Shown piece after piece: positions 1 to 11,378 of a DNA stretch of 64,000 nucleotides. This DNA comes from Chiloscyllium plagiosum (Eukaryota): positions 2,395,285 to 2,459,284 of the forward strand of contig NC_057753.1 in the NCBI RefSeq assembly GCF_004010195.1. Direction: 5' to 3'. The notes beneath the pieces are model-generated. The model saw nothing but the letters and a program-made list of their open reading frames with translations. It was not told the DNA's origin and ran no database searches. The position numbers and the translations under genes were made by a program. Every line of letters starts with the position of its first letter. Position 1 is the stretch's first letter.

Positions 1-1185
1 CTTTAGCAAGGCGTTCGACAAGGTTCCCCAAGGGAGAATGGTTAGCAAGGTTAGATCTCATGGCATACAGGGAGAACTCGCCATTTGGATACAGAACTGA
101 CTCAAAGGTAGAAGACAGAGGGTGGTGGTGGAGGGTTGTTTTTCAGACTGGAGGCCTGTGATCAGTGGAGTGCCACAAGGATTGGTGCTGGGTCCACTAC
201 GTTTTGTCATTTATATAAATGATTGGGATGAGAGCATAAGAGATATGGTTAGTAAGTTTCCAGATGACACCAATATTGGAGGTTTAGTGGACAGTGAAGA
301 AGGTTATCGCAGATTACAACAGGATCTTAATCAGATAAGTCAATGGGCTGAGAAGTGGCAGATGGAGTTTAATTCAGATAAATGTGAAGTGCTGCATTTT
401 GGGAAAGCAAATCTTAGCAGGACTTATACATTTCATGGTAAGGTTCTAGGGACCGTTGCTGAATAAAGAGACCTTGGAGTGCAGGTTCATAGCTCCTTGA
501 AAGTAGAGTCGCAGGTAGATAGGATAGTGGAAACGCGTTTGGTATACTTTCCTTGATCAGTCAGAGTATTCAGTACAGACGTTGGGAAGTCATGTTGCGG
601 CTCTACTGGACATTGGTTAAGCCACTGTTGGAATATTGTGTGCAATTCTGGTCTCCTTCCTATTGGAAAGTTGTTGCGAAATTTGAAAGTGTTCAGAAAA
701 AAGATCTACAAGAATGTTGCCACGGTTAGATGATTTGAGCTTCAGGGAGAGGCTGAACAGGCTGCGGCTGTTTTTCCGGGAGCATCAGAGGCTGAGGGGT
801 GACCCTATAGAGGTTTACAAAATCATGAGGGGCACGGATAGGGTAACGAGACATTTTTTTTTCCCTGGGGCGGGGGAGTCCAGAACTAGACGACATAAGT
901 TTAGGGTGAGAGGGGAAAGATATAAAACAGACCTAAAGAGCAACGTTTTCACGCAGAGAGTGGTACGTGCATGGAATGAGCTGCCAGAGGAAGTGGTGGA
1001 GGCTAATAAAATTGCAACATTTAAAAGGCATTTGGATGGGTATATGAATAGGAAGGGTTTTGAAGGATATGGGCCAATTGCTTGCAGGTGGGAATAGATT
1101 GGGTTGGCATATCTTGTCGACATGGATAAGTTGGACCGAAGGGTCTGTTTTCGTGCTGTACATCTCTATGACTCTATGATTCTAA
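1..1185 (+). mobile_element. CR1-clade LINE, 3' part (RT C-terminus and 3' tail), degenerate
   Basis: ORFs 122-466 (GVPQG.VLGP..F.IYIND, SKF.DDT) and 714-1097 (RLRGD.IEVYKI, R.VRAWNELPEEVVEA) are CR1 ORF2 motifs; ends in a (TCTATGA)n-type tail. Confidence 0.93.
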
Positions 1186-1755
1186 ATTCCAATTCGGTCA
1201 ATCAGTTTAACTTACACCACGAAAAATATATACCAATTTCCAATCAAGTTTGAATTGAGTATATTGACAATCTTAAAAGCCAATGACACAGTCCGATGCT
1301 TTGGGTTATAAGACTGGGGGAAAATTGAACCGTGGAGAGGAAAGCTGCGAAACCCAGCATGTACCAGAATGCTTGAAAAAAAACTCTCTTAAACGTACGT
1401 TTTCGATCAGTAACCTGTGACGCAGACATTCCAAAACAAGGAGAAAAGAAGGCACAGGAAGAACCGAAGACAAGAATCTACAGCTGCCTTGATTTGAGAT
1501 AAGAAATGTTGTTTTGTAAATCTTGATTTGCAGTTTTATCGGACTAGTGTTGTAGAAGGGTGGGTATAAGATATGTTAGACAACGAATTTGTAAATAATG
1601 GTTAGTTAATTATTCTCTTTTATACTTTAAGAAATAAAGTTGTTAATTCTTACTGTACATAGCCCTTGGACACTCGACGTTTTATGGATTAGTCCACGGG
1701 ATAAGTTTTTTCAATGCTTTAAGTTAAGCAGGAGAGTTTGGCACGTGTCATAACA
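1186..1755 (+). mobile_element. LTR fragment (3' part; same family as 9636-10353)
   Basis: Inverted homolog of 9636-~10215; AATAAA at ~1633; ends ...TGTCATAACA. The 5' part is displaced by the CR1 insertion. Confidence 0.75.
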
Positions 1756-2166
1756 ATTATCTGTACCCTAGACCAGCGACCAAATTATTTTATGCTTGCA
1801 GTATCTATCGAAATGTTGATTGCATGTTCACTTCATCTGTGTAGGAACAATTATAATCAAGTTAACTTCATTTTCCTCAACAATGATTAGTTTGACATCA
1901 ATACATTGGAATTAATCACATTGATTCAGTGAGATATGATACTGGATCCTTTAAATTTTCCAGTCTATTATTTTGCACCTTCATATTTTTTCAATGTTTT
2001 GTTATTGGAGTTTTGATTTTTTGCTTATTCAATACTGCTGCATTAATATTTGGTGTTTTTAAGTCCATTGTATTTTCATTTTGATCTCTTTGGAATATTT
2101 CTGCCTGCATTTCTCTATCTATGATAAATGATTTTACTCTCTCATTATCTCCCTCTTTTATTACAG

Positions 2167-3077
2167 CTAACTTGGTCGTTATTGTGATCCTTTCTCGAAG
2201 AACATGCGGTCTCTCTGGTTGTATCACTTATTACCTGGTATCAATGGCAGCGACAGATCTCCTGGTCATATTTTCTGCTGTCCTCTTAAACCGGATTGCT
2301 GGGATTTATTTTCCAACAACTTTCCTTTCCATCACCCCATTATGCAGTTTACGTTCTGCCTTGATTTATGCATCTATAGACTGTTCTGTCTGGTTAACAG
2401 TCACTTTTACCTTTGACCGATTTGTGGCCATTTCATGCGTGAAGCTGAAAATACGATACTGCACTGAAATGGTCGCTGCACGGGCTATAGGATTCGTGTC
2501 CACCCTGAGTTGCATAAAAAATGCCTTTTTATATTTTGTATATGAACCAATGTACATAATTAACAATATGCCGTGGTTCTGCAGCGCAAAGTTAATATTT
2601 TACACGTCACCTGCATGGGCTGCATATGACTGGATGCGATCCATTGTAACTCCCTGTCTCCCATTCATTTTGATTGTATTGCTCAATGCTCTGACCGTCA
2701 GACATGTTCTAGCAGCCAATAGAGCCCGCAAGAGAGTTCGGGTTCAGAGCAATGGACTGAACAAGAGAGACCTAGAGGTGGAGAAGCGGCGAAAGTCAAT
2801 TGCTTTACTTTTTTCCGTCTCGTGCAATTTCATCCTACTCTACTTATTATTCATGATAACAATCCTTTATGTTCGAATTGCCAACGTCACTTATTTCTCA
2901 GGTTCTGATTCCAATGAGTCAACATTCGTTCTTGAGGAATATGGGTTTATGCTTCAGCTTCTGAGCTCCTGCATCAATCCGTTTATTTATGCAGGAGTAC
3001 AGGCTAAATTCAGGACAGAATTCATAAATGGAGTGAAATATCCATTAAGATTATTGTGTAAGTCTTTCAAACTGTGA
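2167..3077 (+). CDS. GPR139-like class A GPCR, coding exon 2 (exon 1 presumably upstream of the window)
   Basis: Pyrimidine tract + TTACAG acceptor at 2161-2166; open frame with hydrophobic TM segments, LVSMAATDLL (TM2), TFDRFVAI (DRY variant) and NPFIY (NPxxY); close paralog of 40763-41673. Confidence 0.9.
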
Positions 3078-3119
3078 CAATCTGTTCACAGAGTCTGACA
3101 GCAAGGAAATATTCGATCC

Positions 3120-3480
3120 AATCATCCACTTCGTCAAGGTTACAAAACGAAAACCTTCTCATTTGTCTCCATTTGATCATACCACTCTAAACCTTTCCTA
3201 TTCATGTACTGATACATATGTCTTTTAAGTATGGCACTGCATCTACGTTTACCACTCCCATTGTCACTTCGTTCCACGTGTGTAACAACCCACTGTGTGA
3301 TAAATCTGACCTTCAGGTCGCTTTGAAATCTTGCCCTTTCACAATAAAAAAATAAGCCCTTCAGTTTTGAACACTCCGACCAGAGGGAAAAGAGCTTTGC
3401 TATTCACCTTATCCATGCCACTCGTGATTTTATGACCCTCTGCAAAGTCACGTCTCCACTTCAAGTGCTGCTGTAAAACA
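3120..3480 (-). mobile_element. Old CR1 3' fragment
   Basis: Antisense CR1 3'-end motifs (ctctaaacctttcctattcatg, ttcaccttatccatgcc); paralogous copy at ~12140-12330. Confidence 0.6.
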
Positions 3481-5599
3481 TGTCCACACAATGTGCATGA
3501 AAATATTGTTGGACCTTCACGTATTTGAATTTTGCTTTCACGTGCACATAAAAGCCAATTATATTATAAGCTCAAGTTTCAAGAAAGATAAATAGACACA
3601 TTGATAACGCAATTTTTTGAAACCATCAATAAATCAACACATTACTTCAAATCTAAGCAACATCATGTTACAATAAGAGGGTGAAAGCAAAATTTATTTA
3701 TTTATTATCTCATTAGGAATATTCTGCATCCGTAATTTGCATTATCCTGACGTTTCCTCTCAATGTTCACATTACAGATAGCCCGTCTTACAAAGAATTA
3801 CGTTTCTAAATTCGATTAGTGAATAATCTCAATGATTTTATTTTCAGCTGTTGTAGCTGGGTAGTTTAATGAGTGTTCATGGCGCTGACGATCACTGTGT
3901 AGTCATATCAATTAATCAACCATATAGTATTGTACAAATTATACCATTCTGTCCGTTGTGCAGGCACTGACACTTCACGTAGGGTTGACTTCGTGCTGTT
4001 TTCCTACCATTTCACCGTAAACCCGACATTACCGCATTTCAATATTCATCTAATGCCCACCGCATTGCCTTGAATGATCTTGCCTCGTCCACTATTCAAG
4101 AACTTGCATTCCTGACTTGACTACGAGCTGTGTAATGAAGCATATTTTCTTCCACACCATTTATTTCATTTGGAAGTTCACTTTAATCTTTCTCCTTCCA
4201 TTCTCTATCGTTTCACAAGTAGGAAGCATTTATCCCTATCTTTCTGCCTGATCCACATGCGATAATGCAATCGTTTCTTAGACCTTGTCCTCTCCAAGGG
4301 AAATTGTCCCAATTTCTCCAAGTTCATATTTTTAACTGAAGCTCTTTATCCCTGGAAACATTTTCATAAATGTCTGCAGAATTCTCACCAATTCATTCCG
4401 TCGTGCCCTCAAATATCCACAACTGTACAAAATACTTCAGCTGAGGTCTGACATAAGTCTTGATAAAGTACAACATTATCTCCTTTCAATTCTAGTCTGT
4501 GACCGAGTTAATTAAACCTGAATGCTCTAGTGATACCACATGAATATCCAGCCATTAGTCACTCAATTGAATTCATGCAGAAAATGCTTAAAGACACCAT
4601 CCAATAGACAATTGTTTGGTTCTACTGTCTTGCTAATTGCTGTTCCCGTTTCTCAGTTATTTATTACAATGTAACAGAAAGTAATAATAAAAAGAAAAGG
4701 AGGGGGATATAAATTCTTGTTCCTTAACATTAATGCAATTGAATTTTCATTCTGCAGGGGACAGATTGGGAGTGAAATGGAAAATCAAATTTTGGGGTGG
4801 ATTGGTTTTCATGGTAATGAATGTCCAGTTGACGACTTGGCATCTGCTGGCTGCTTTTTTTGATTTGAATAGTTATATAGATTGAGTGGTGTACGCTGGT
4901 AGTCATGTCTCTTTTCATTGGAAGAAAATAATGCAGCAAACATTATCCACGAATTTGTCGACATCTTTTTCTTAATTAAAACAGATTGAGAAAAAGACAT
5001 TATAACTATTTTTCATGCAATTATAGAAATTTGTCGTGTTCAACTTGACAATTACAGCATCACCCATCTTCAATGCATCACGCATGCCACTTAGGCCCTG
5101 GCCAAATATACAGTGAGTTGCCTCAAAGAGATCATTAAAATGTGTGCTATTAACATTTACAGTTTTTATTCAAAGTAATATAGGTGAATACCTGAAAATG
5201 CAATTCCATAATTTTCTCAAGACATTCTTAATACCAGACATACCATCAGTTTTCTTTACATGATCTAAAACATTCTTTGCCATTATCCTGCGTCGAAGTG
5301 CTTTAAATATTTACGACTTTAACTTTTTCAATTCGATTGTTACTTAAAATACATGAATTGGACGAGGTTTTCATTAAAGTTACCATGTACGACTAGAATT
5401 GGCATAATCGTTGCTGTTATTCTCGAATGACGGTACCTGCACTGAATGTAAACCTTCCCTGAACGGAATATGCCCTACAATGCAACGAAGACTAGAAAAC
5501 ATCTCCAGCGAGATAATGAGAGTTAACTCTTCAATTCTTCTGTGCTTTTCTTTAGGAATGGTAACTGTCCTCAATCAGTCTTACTTTTCCAAGGTTAAG

Positions 5600-5800
5600 G
5601 TGGGCATCCTTTGAAGTTGGGTACAAATGTGGATGGTTTAATATGTACCAGTATGCCTTGAGGGATGAGATTGTCGTGAAGGCAGCAGCTGAGCAATCTC
5701 ACATGGCTGTAGTGAGGTTTTTGTTTCATAGTGTGGTCAAAGAACTGAAGGACTGAGGAGTCACAGCAGCATGGCAGTGAGAGAGATTCACCTCTGATGA
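5600..5800 (-). mobile_element. Penelope-like element N-terminal relic
   Basis: Minus-strand translation QFFDHTMKQKPHYSHVRLLSCCLHDNLIPQGILVHIKPSTF resembles the N-terminus of shark Penelope ORFs (H..FL..CL...LIP.G); paralog at ~14470-14680. Confidence 0.55.
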
Positions 5801-5904
5801 GTGCCCACTTTGAAGAAATTCTCTGCCTCCCTCAAAGTAAAGCTGGAGGAACTTAGGGTGGAAAAATGTGACCAGGCCAATCCCACCCCCTGCAGGCGCA
5901 TAAA

Positions 5905-6270
5905 ATCATAGAGTCATACAACAGATCCTTCAGTCAAATTCATCTGCACCGACCAGATATCCCAATCTGACTTAGTTTCATTTACCAGTATTTGGCTCAA
6001 AACGCTCTAAACACTTCCTATTCATACACCCAACCAGGTGACTTTCAAATGCTGTAATTATACCAACTGTTAGCAATTGCCATATACATGCCAACCTCTG
6101 TGCGAAAAAGTTACCCTTCAGCGTTATAAAAATATCTTTCCCCTTTCATCTTAAACCTATGCTTTCTAATTGTCGACAACCTTGGTTAAAACCCTGACCT
6201 TGCACATCATAATTTTGTAAACCTTTGTAAGCCAAACATTCAGCCACTCGATTCTTCAAGGGATAAAAAC
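5905..6270 (-). mobile_element. CR1 3' fragment
   Basis: Begins tcatagagtcata (antisense tail); CR1 3' motifs follow; paralog at 14785-15250. Confidence 0.75.
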
Positions 6271-8439
6271 CGAGATATTTCATGCGTCTGTTTATAAGGA
6301 TTGAGGGGTCAGAGGTTGGGGACATTGAGAGGGACAGGGTTCACTGAGGGTGAAATGGAATGCTGACAGAGCAAACTGTGTCTGCTGACGAGGGTCAGAA
6401 ATCGAAGAAGTGGAACTGAAGAAACCTTAAGGAAAAAAAATCTCTGGTATCTTTATTTGTATTCATTTGTTAATATCCATTGTATCATTTGTCACAAATA
6501 ACCTTAAACTGGACCAGAATGAATAAGATGGTGGTGGTGGGTGGGGGTCAGAGTCAATACGATTTTTAAAGAATACTTGATGTCTATTTGAGTCTCGACG
6601 CTTGGTTTCACTTCTCACTCTTCCTGAAGAGTGTTCCACCAAATTAGGGGATCATACATCTCTTCTTGATCGTATCAAACTATCGGAATCTGCGGAGTTT
6701 CATATCCGTGCTAAATATCAAGGAAATATCTCCCGGAACGTGTTAAGCTTCGTGTGGTGAAACCAGCTGAACACAAGGGGAGAAGATGATTTCTTTTTTC
6801 TCGGAAGAGTTGAATGAAGGTGGAGTGCTTGCAGTGGTTGGGATGAACAGGAGACAAGTCCAGAAGGATTCAGCACAGAAAGGGGCAAATAGGCCTGGAG
6901 GGCACGTTTGAATGAATAGCTTGAACGATTGATCAGAAATGATAATTGTCCTAGCCTAAACACGAGGTAATACGATCTGTCCATATGTTAGAGAATAAAT
7001 CCGACAGTTTCAACTCATGTTTAATGAAAAACCTAATCATTAGCATTTCAACCTGCTCAGAGAAACCCAACCAGTTTTCGAACCTTTTGCTTCAATAATT
7101 GAAACCTGACAACAGGCTTTGAATTTGCACCAACTTTGCTGGTATAATATTAACAACTTGTTAAAGAAGATACAAAGTATAACTCACTGCATCTTCTAGT
7201 GTCAGTCAACCAGTCTTTTCCTCAGTCACCCTGCAATGTATGCAATCCAATTTTTTCTTCCTGCTGAAAGTCAACAATACACCGTCGATTTCTCCATCAC
7301 TCGAAAAGTGCATTCAATTGCATGGCCTGAGGTGGTAGCATGAAAAACCACGCCTCCAATAAGACACAAACCTAAATCTAATGCCCTAGACTCTGCAGCC
7401 ATGCTAAGCGGGTAACTATTGTATTGTCAACTTTCCTTCCAAGGGTATAACCGAAGTTTATTTTAGTTTGCCCATGCCCTCTCGTCTTCCATACTTCCCG
7501 TCTCAGAAACGCCTCCATTCTTTTAAAAAGACGATCACCTTCCAAATCATGACATGGTCTTGTCCCGCTCTATGTCCATACTCCACTCTAGTTATGCAAC
7601 TATCTAACATATCAATGCTATACTCTATCAATCATTGCAATGTTATTTACTTGATCATTTGTGTCCCTTTATTCAACTAAAAATCACCAGAACTCTGGGA
7701 TTCCACTTTAATATTATCGTTTGTCCATTTACCTGTCCTCTTTGTGACCCACCATCTTTCTAAATCCAATCAAGTGAAGAAGCAGGTTGCTATCTGCCCG
7801 AACATGCATATAAAATTCATTCAAGACTCAGATGATAATAACCTGCCTTGCGATTAACATATTCTGAGATCAACCCCTACTCCAAGATATGAACATGGAA
7901 ATTATGGTTATAGTTGCAGTGCACAAGCCGTGGTGTGCAGCACTGTCTGAGATGCTTTGTTTGGATAAGATAGTTTCAAAGAAGAGAAGAGATCTGGAAT
8001 TTGCCCTGGCCAATGTTGAACCTTTGAACAGTACCACAAGTGCTGCGTGTTTTTTCATGATCCAGTTTCAGGCTGTGACTGCTAAGCATGCAAATATGTT
8101 GGACCATATATCCTACAATACAATAATGACGAGTCCGAAAAAAAAAACAATTAATTTAAACTCGCAATGACATTTTAGGCCGTCTGATTTTCGTAAAAGT
8201 CTCGATGTAGTTGGTTATCATGTTCCACTTTCACCAGAATGGTCAAGGTCTCCGTTCACATTCAAATCGTGTCTCAAATAGGTTTGGCGTATGTGACCAC
8301 TTAACATTTTCTATTTTCCATCACAAATCTTTCCTCCTATTTCGATCTTACATAATTTAATTTATTCATGCATTCGATGACACAAAATCTAATTGACGTT
8401 ATCGACAACAACAAAAACATGGATGAGGCAGTGAACATT

Positions 8440-8752
8440 GGGCGGCACGGTGGCACAGTGGTTAGCACTGCTGCCTCACAGCGCCAGAGACCGGGTTCAA
8501 TTCCCCCCTCAGGCGATTGACTGTGTGGAGTTTGCACATTCTCCCCGTGTCTGCGTGGGTTTCCTCCGTGTGCTCCAGTTTCCTCCCACAGTCCAAAGAT
8601 GTGCAGGTCAGGTAAATTGGCCATGCTAAATTGCCCATAGTGTTAGGTAAGGGGTAAATGTAGGGGTATGGGTGGGTTGCGCTTCGGCGGGGCGGTGTGG
8701 ACTTGTTGGGCCGAAGGGCCTGTTTCCATACTGTAAGTAATCTAAATCTAAA
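8440..8752 (+). mobile_element. tRNA-derived SINE (HE1-like), full length
   Basis: GGCGGCACGGTGGCACAGTGGTTAGC A-box, GGGTTCAATTCC B-box, conserved core, (TCTAA)n tail; absent at the paralogous site ~16175. Confidence 0.93.
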
Positions 8753-9635
8753 TTTCTTATCAACAATATTTGCAGAGGTTGTAACGAGTCAAAAAAAAAT
8801 CTTCAACATCACAGTTACATATTTTCCTTACACGAATCAGTCGGAAGTGAGAAACTGTCATTATAATCGGAAATGAACCTGTCTAGTACTCACATACCCT
8901 GGACCGCAACTGTCATTGCCAGATTACAGCAGCAGGAAAAGGTTGCTCCGAACATAACATTAAAATTTTAAAATCGATACTCATGCTATGTTTTTGCTTT
9001 CTCAAGTAAAACCTATATGCAACATAATGAACAATTTTGCAGTTAAAGTCTCAGAGTGGAAGAATAAAAACAGACTGAAATACCATTCTCACGAGCAGGT
9101 GGTAACTGACAATTTAATAGATGTATTCAGAGAAGCCAAATTGTAGTGCATGGACGACGGTTATTTCCTGTGAAATCCATACAGAGCACCAACAGCCTTG
9201 ACATTTGGCATGTATCTAACACAAAGATAGCATGAGATAATAGGTGCAAATTCTTTCAGCAAGATATCCAACTCCATTTGATTGATCTGTTAAATTATGA
9301 ACTGAAGTTCTGGAATGTTATCATTATTTGAATAAAACTAAGAAGGAATACATCTGAGCATTTTTCATGATCGTAGTAACTTTATAGTCACGCTGAGCAT
9401 TGCAGAAATAATTTAAAAAAGCATACGTGGGTGCAGGAGTAGGTAATTCAGCCCATCCAGCCTGTTGTGCTAATTGATGCAAACATGTCTGAAACTACCT
9501 CAGTCTTCACTTTCCAACCGCACTCAGTAACACCTCAAAGGATACAAGTTGAAAATCTATCTATCTCCTCCTTAACTTAACTAAATGTCTTGCCATCCAT
9601 TGCAGTCTGGTGTAGTGAACATTCACAATCCTTTG

Positions 9636-10353
9636 TGTTACGACACGTGATAACCCGCCTGTTTAATTTAAAGCCAGCTGTGCAGAAGAGATTTATCCCA
9701 TGTAGTAATCTATTAAAAAAATTAAATGGTCAAAGATTATTTAAAGTGAAAATTAACAATTTTATTTCCTAAAGTATAACAGAGAATAATTAACTCACCA
9801 CTATTTCCAATTTCTTCCTCGAGCTTATATTTTACCTTCCCTACTGTAATACTAGTCCGATAAAACTCCCAATTAACATGTATATAAAAAAAACACACAT
9901 CTTATCTCAAAATCGGGCAGCTTTCGTTCTTCGATTCGGATCTACCTGTGTCTTCTTTTATCTTTTCAGAGGAATTTCTGTGTCACGGGTTACTGAACGA
10001 AAAGGTAATTCTAAAAGAGCTTTTTTTTTCAAGCAGTCTGTTTACACGTTGGGCTTGGCAGTTCTCCTCTCAACTGTTCAATTTTCCCGTGTATTATATC
10101 CCCAAAGCATCGGATTTGTCATTGGTTTTTAAGATTGTCAATATACAAAATATAAACTGGATGATGTTGATACTTTTCGGGGTATAGTTTAAATTGATGG
10201 ACCAAAATTGAATTTGTTTTTGTCTCCAGGGAATGAACCACTTGAGTTGTTAGGCCAAGTATTGCGTTGTGGCCTTATTGATAAGTCTTGGTGCTTTGTC
10301 CAGTAGTTCTGCTGCTTTTAAATTGCATAAAGGGTACCCACACCTTCATTACA
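9636..10353 (-). mobile_element. Solo LTR
   Basis: TG...CA termini, 4-bp target-site duplication TTTG (9632-9635 and 10354-10357), and an empty site in the paralog at ~17010. Confidence 0.85.
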
Positions 10354-10659
10354 TTTGAAAGACGTAATTTCTCCTCAACTCCGTTCTAAATCTTCTACCC
10401 TTGCTATGAAATTGTAATTATAAATTGCGCTATCACTTATTCCAAATAAACTCTATCTAATCTTCATCGTTACTGGTGGCAGTTTGTGGATTTGGAAAGT
10501 TCCTGTGCCATCAGTTGGAGTTTATTGCCTTTACCCCCAAAGTAGTGAGAATTATGGCACATGAGAGGGATTTTAAGAGTACACTGTCCTTCGAGAAAAG
10601 TAGTTTCAAGGAATATCTTGGGCCAGTATCGACTTGTCACTTGTTTAATAGCACTGACC

Positions 10660-11378
10660 ATGAATTTATTCGACATTAGCTCCGTACTTGCAGCCCCTGA
10701 TTCAGGTTGTTTTCTGCTGATGGATGGTGTGAAAATCATAATATTTCTAAAAAGTGTGTTGTCGTGACTTTGATTTTCATGTGAGGTTGGTCGTGGTCAG
10801 AAAATCTCTGTGAAGCAGTCATGAACAAAAGCGAACAGGGTAGAAAGAAGCATTATAACTTTCAACTGCAAGTATAGCACAACTTTACATCTGCTAATTG
10901 CGGACCCAGTAATATTAGATTAGATTGCATTACAGTGTGGAAACAGGCCTTTCGGCCCAACAAGTCCACACTGACCCGCCGAAGCGAAACCCACCCATAC
11001 CCCTACATTTACCCCTTACCTAGCACTATGGCAATTTAGCATGGTAAATTCACCTGACCTGCACATCTTTGGACTGTGGGAGGAAGCCGGAGCACCCGGA
11101 GGAAACCCACGCAGACACGGGGAGAACGTGCAAACTCCACACAGTCCGTCGCCTGAGGCGGGAATTGAACCCGGCTCTCTGGCGCTATGAGGCAGCAGGG
11201 CTAACCACTGTGCCACCGTGCCGCCCACATCCAGAGCATCGAACCAGAGGTATCGAATTAAAGGTAGTTCTGCTCGGAATAATTTAACCCTTCGTGCCAG
11301 ATACTGCGAATGGCGCCTTCAGTTTAATAATCATCAAGCTGCGGCTGATGCAGTTCATTTTGACTGGGTGCTGAGTCT
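10660..11378 (+). pseudogene. TCR alpha/delta-type V pseudogene (leader + V exon) disrupted by a SINE
   Basis: Leader MNLFDISSVLAAPDS-G|GT (10660-10705); V exon GQKISVKQS*TKANRVERSIITFNCKYSTT...DTANGAFSLIIIKLRL; stop codon, deletion, decayed YYC and RSS. Confidence 0.65.
10916..11226 (-). mobile_element. HE1-like SINE inserted in a V pseudogene
   Basis: Reverse complement of the 8440 family; absent from paralog 17316-17857. Confidence 0.93.

Noticed and set aside
2121-2166. ORF-track N-termini of the GPCRs (also 40750-40762) and of the V (21735-21864)
   Set aside because: These are read-through into intronic sequence upstream of clear splice acceptors.
8440-8515. SINE heads as tRNA genes
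   Set aside because: The A/B boxes belong to SINEs with core and tail; no full cloverleaf.
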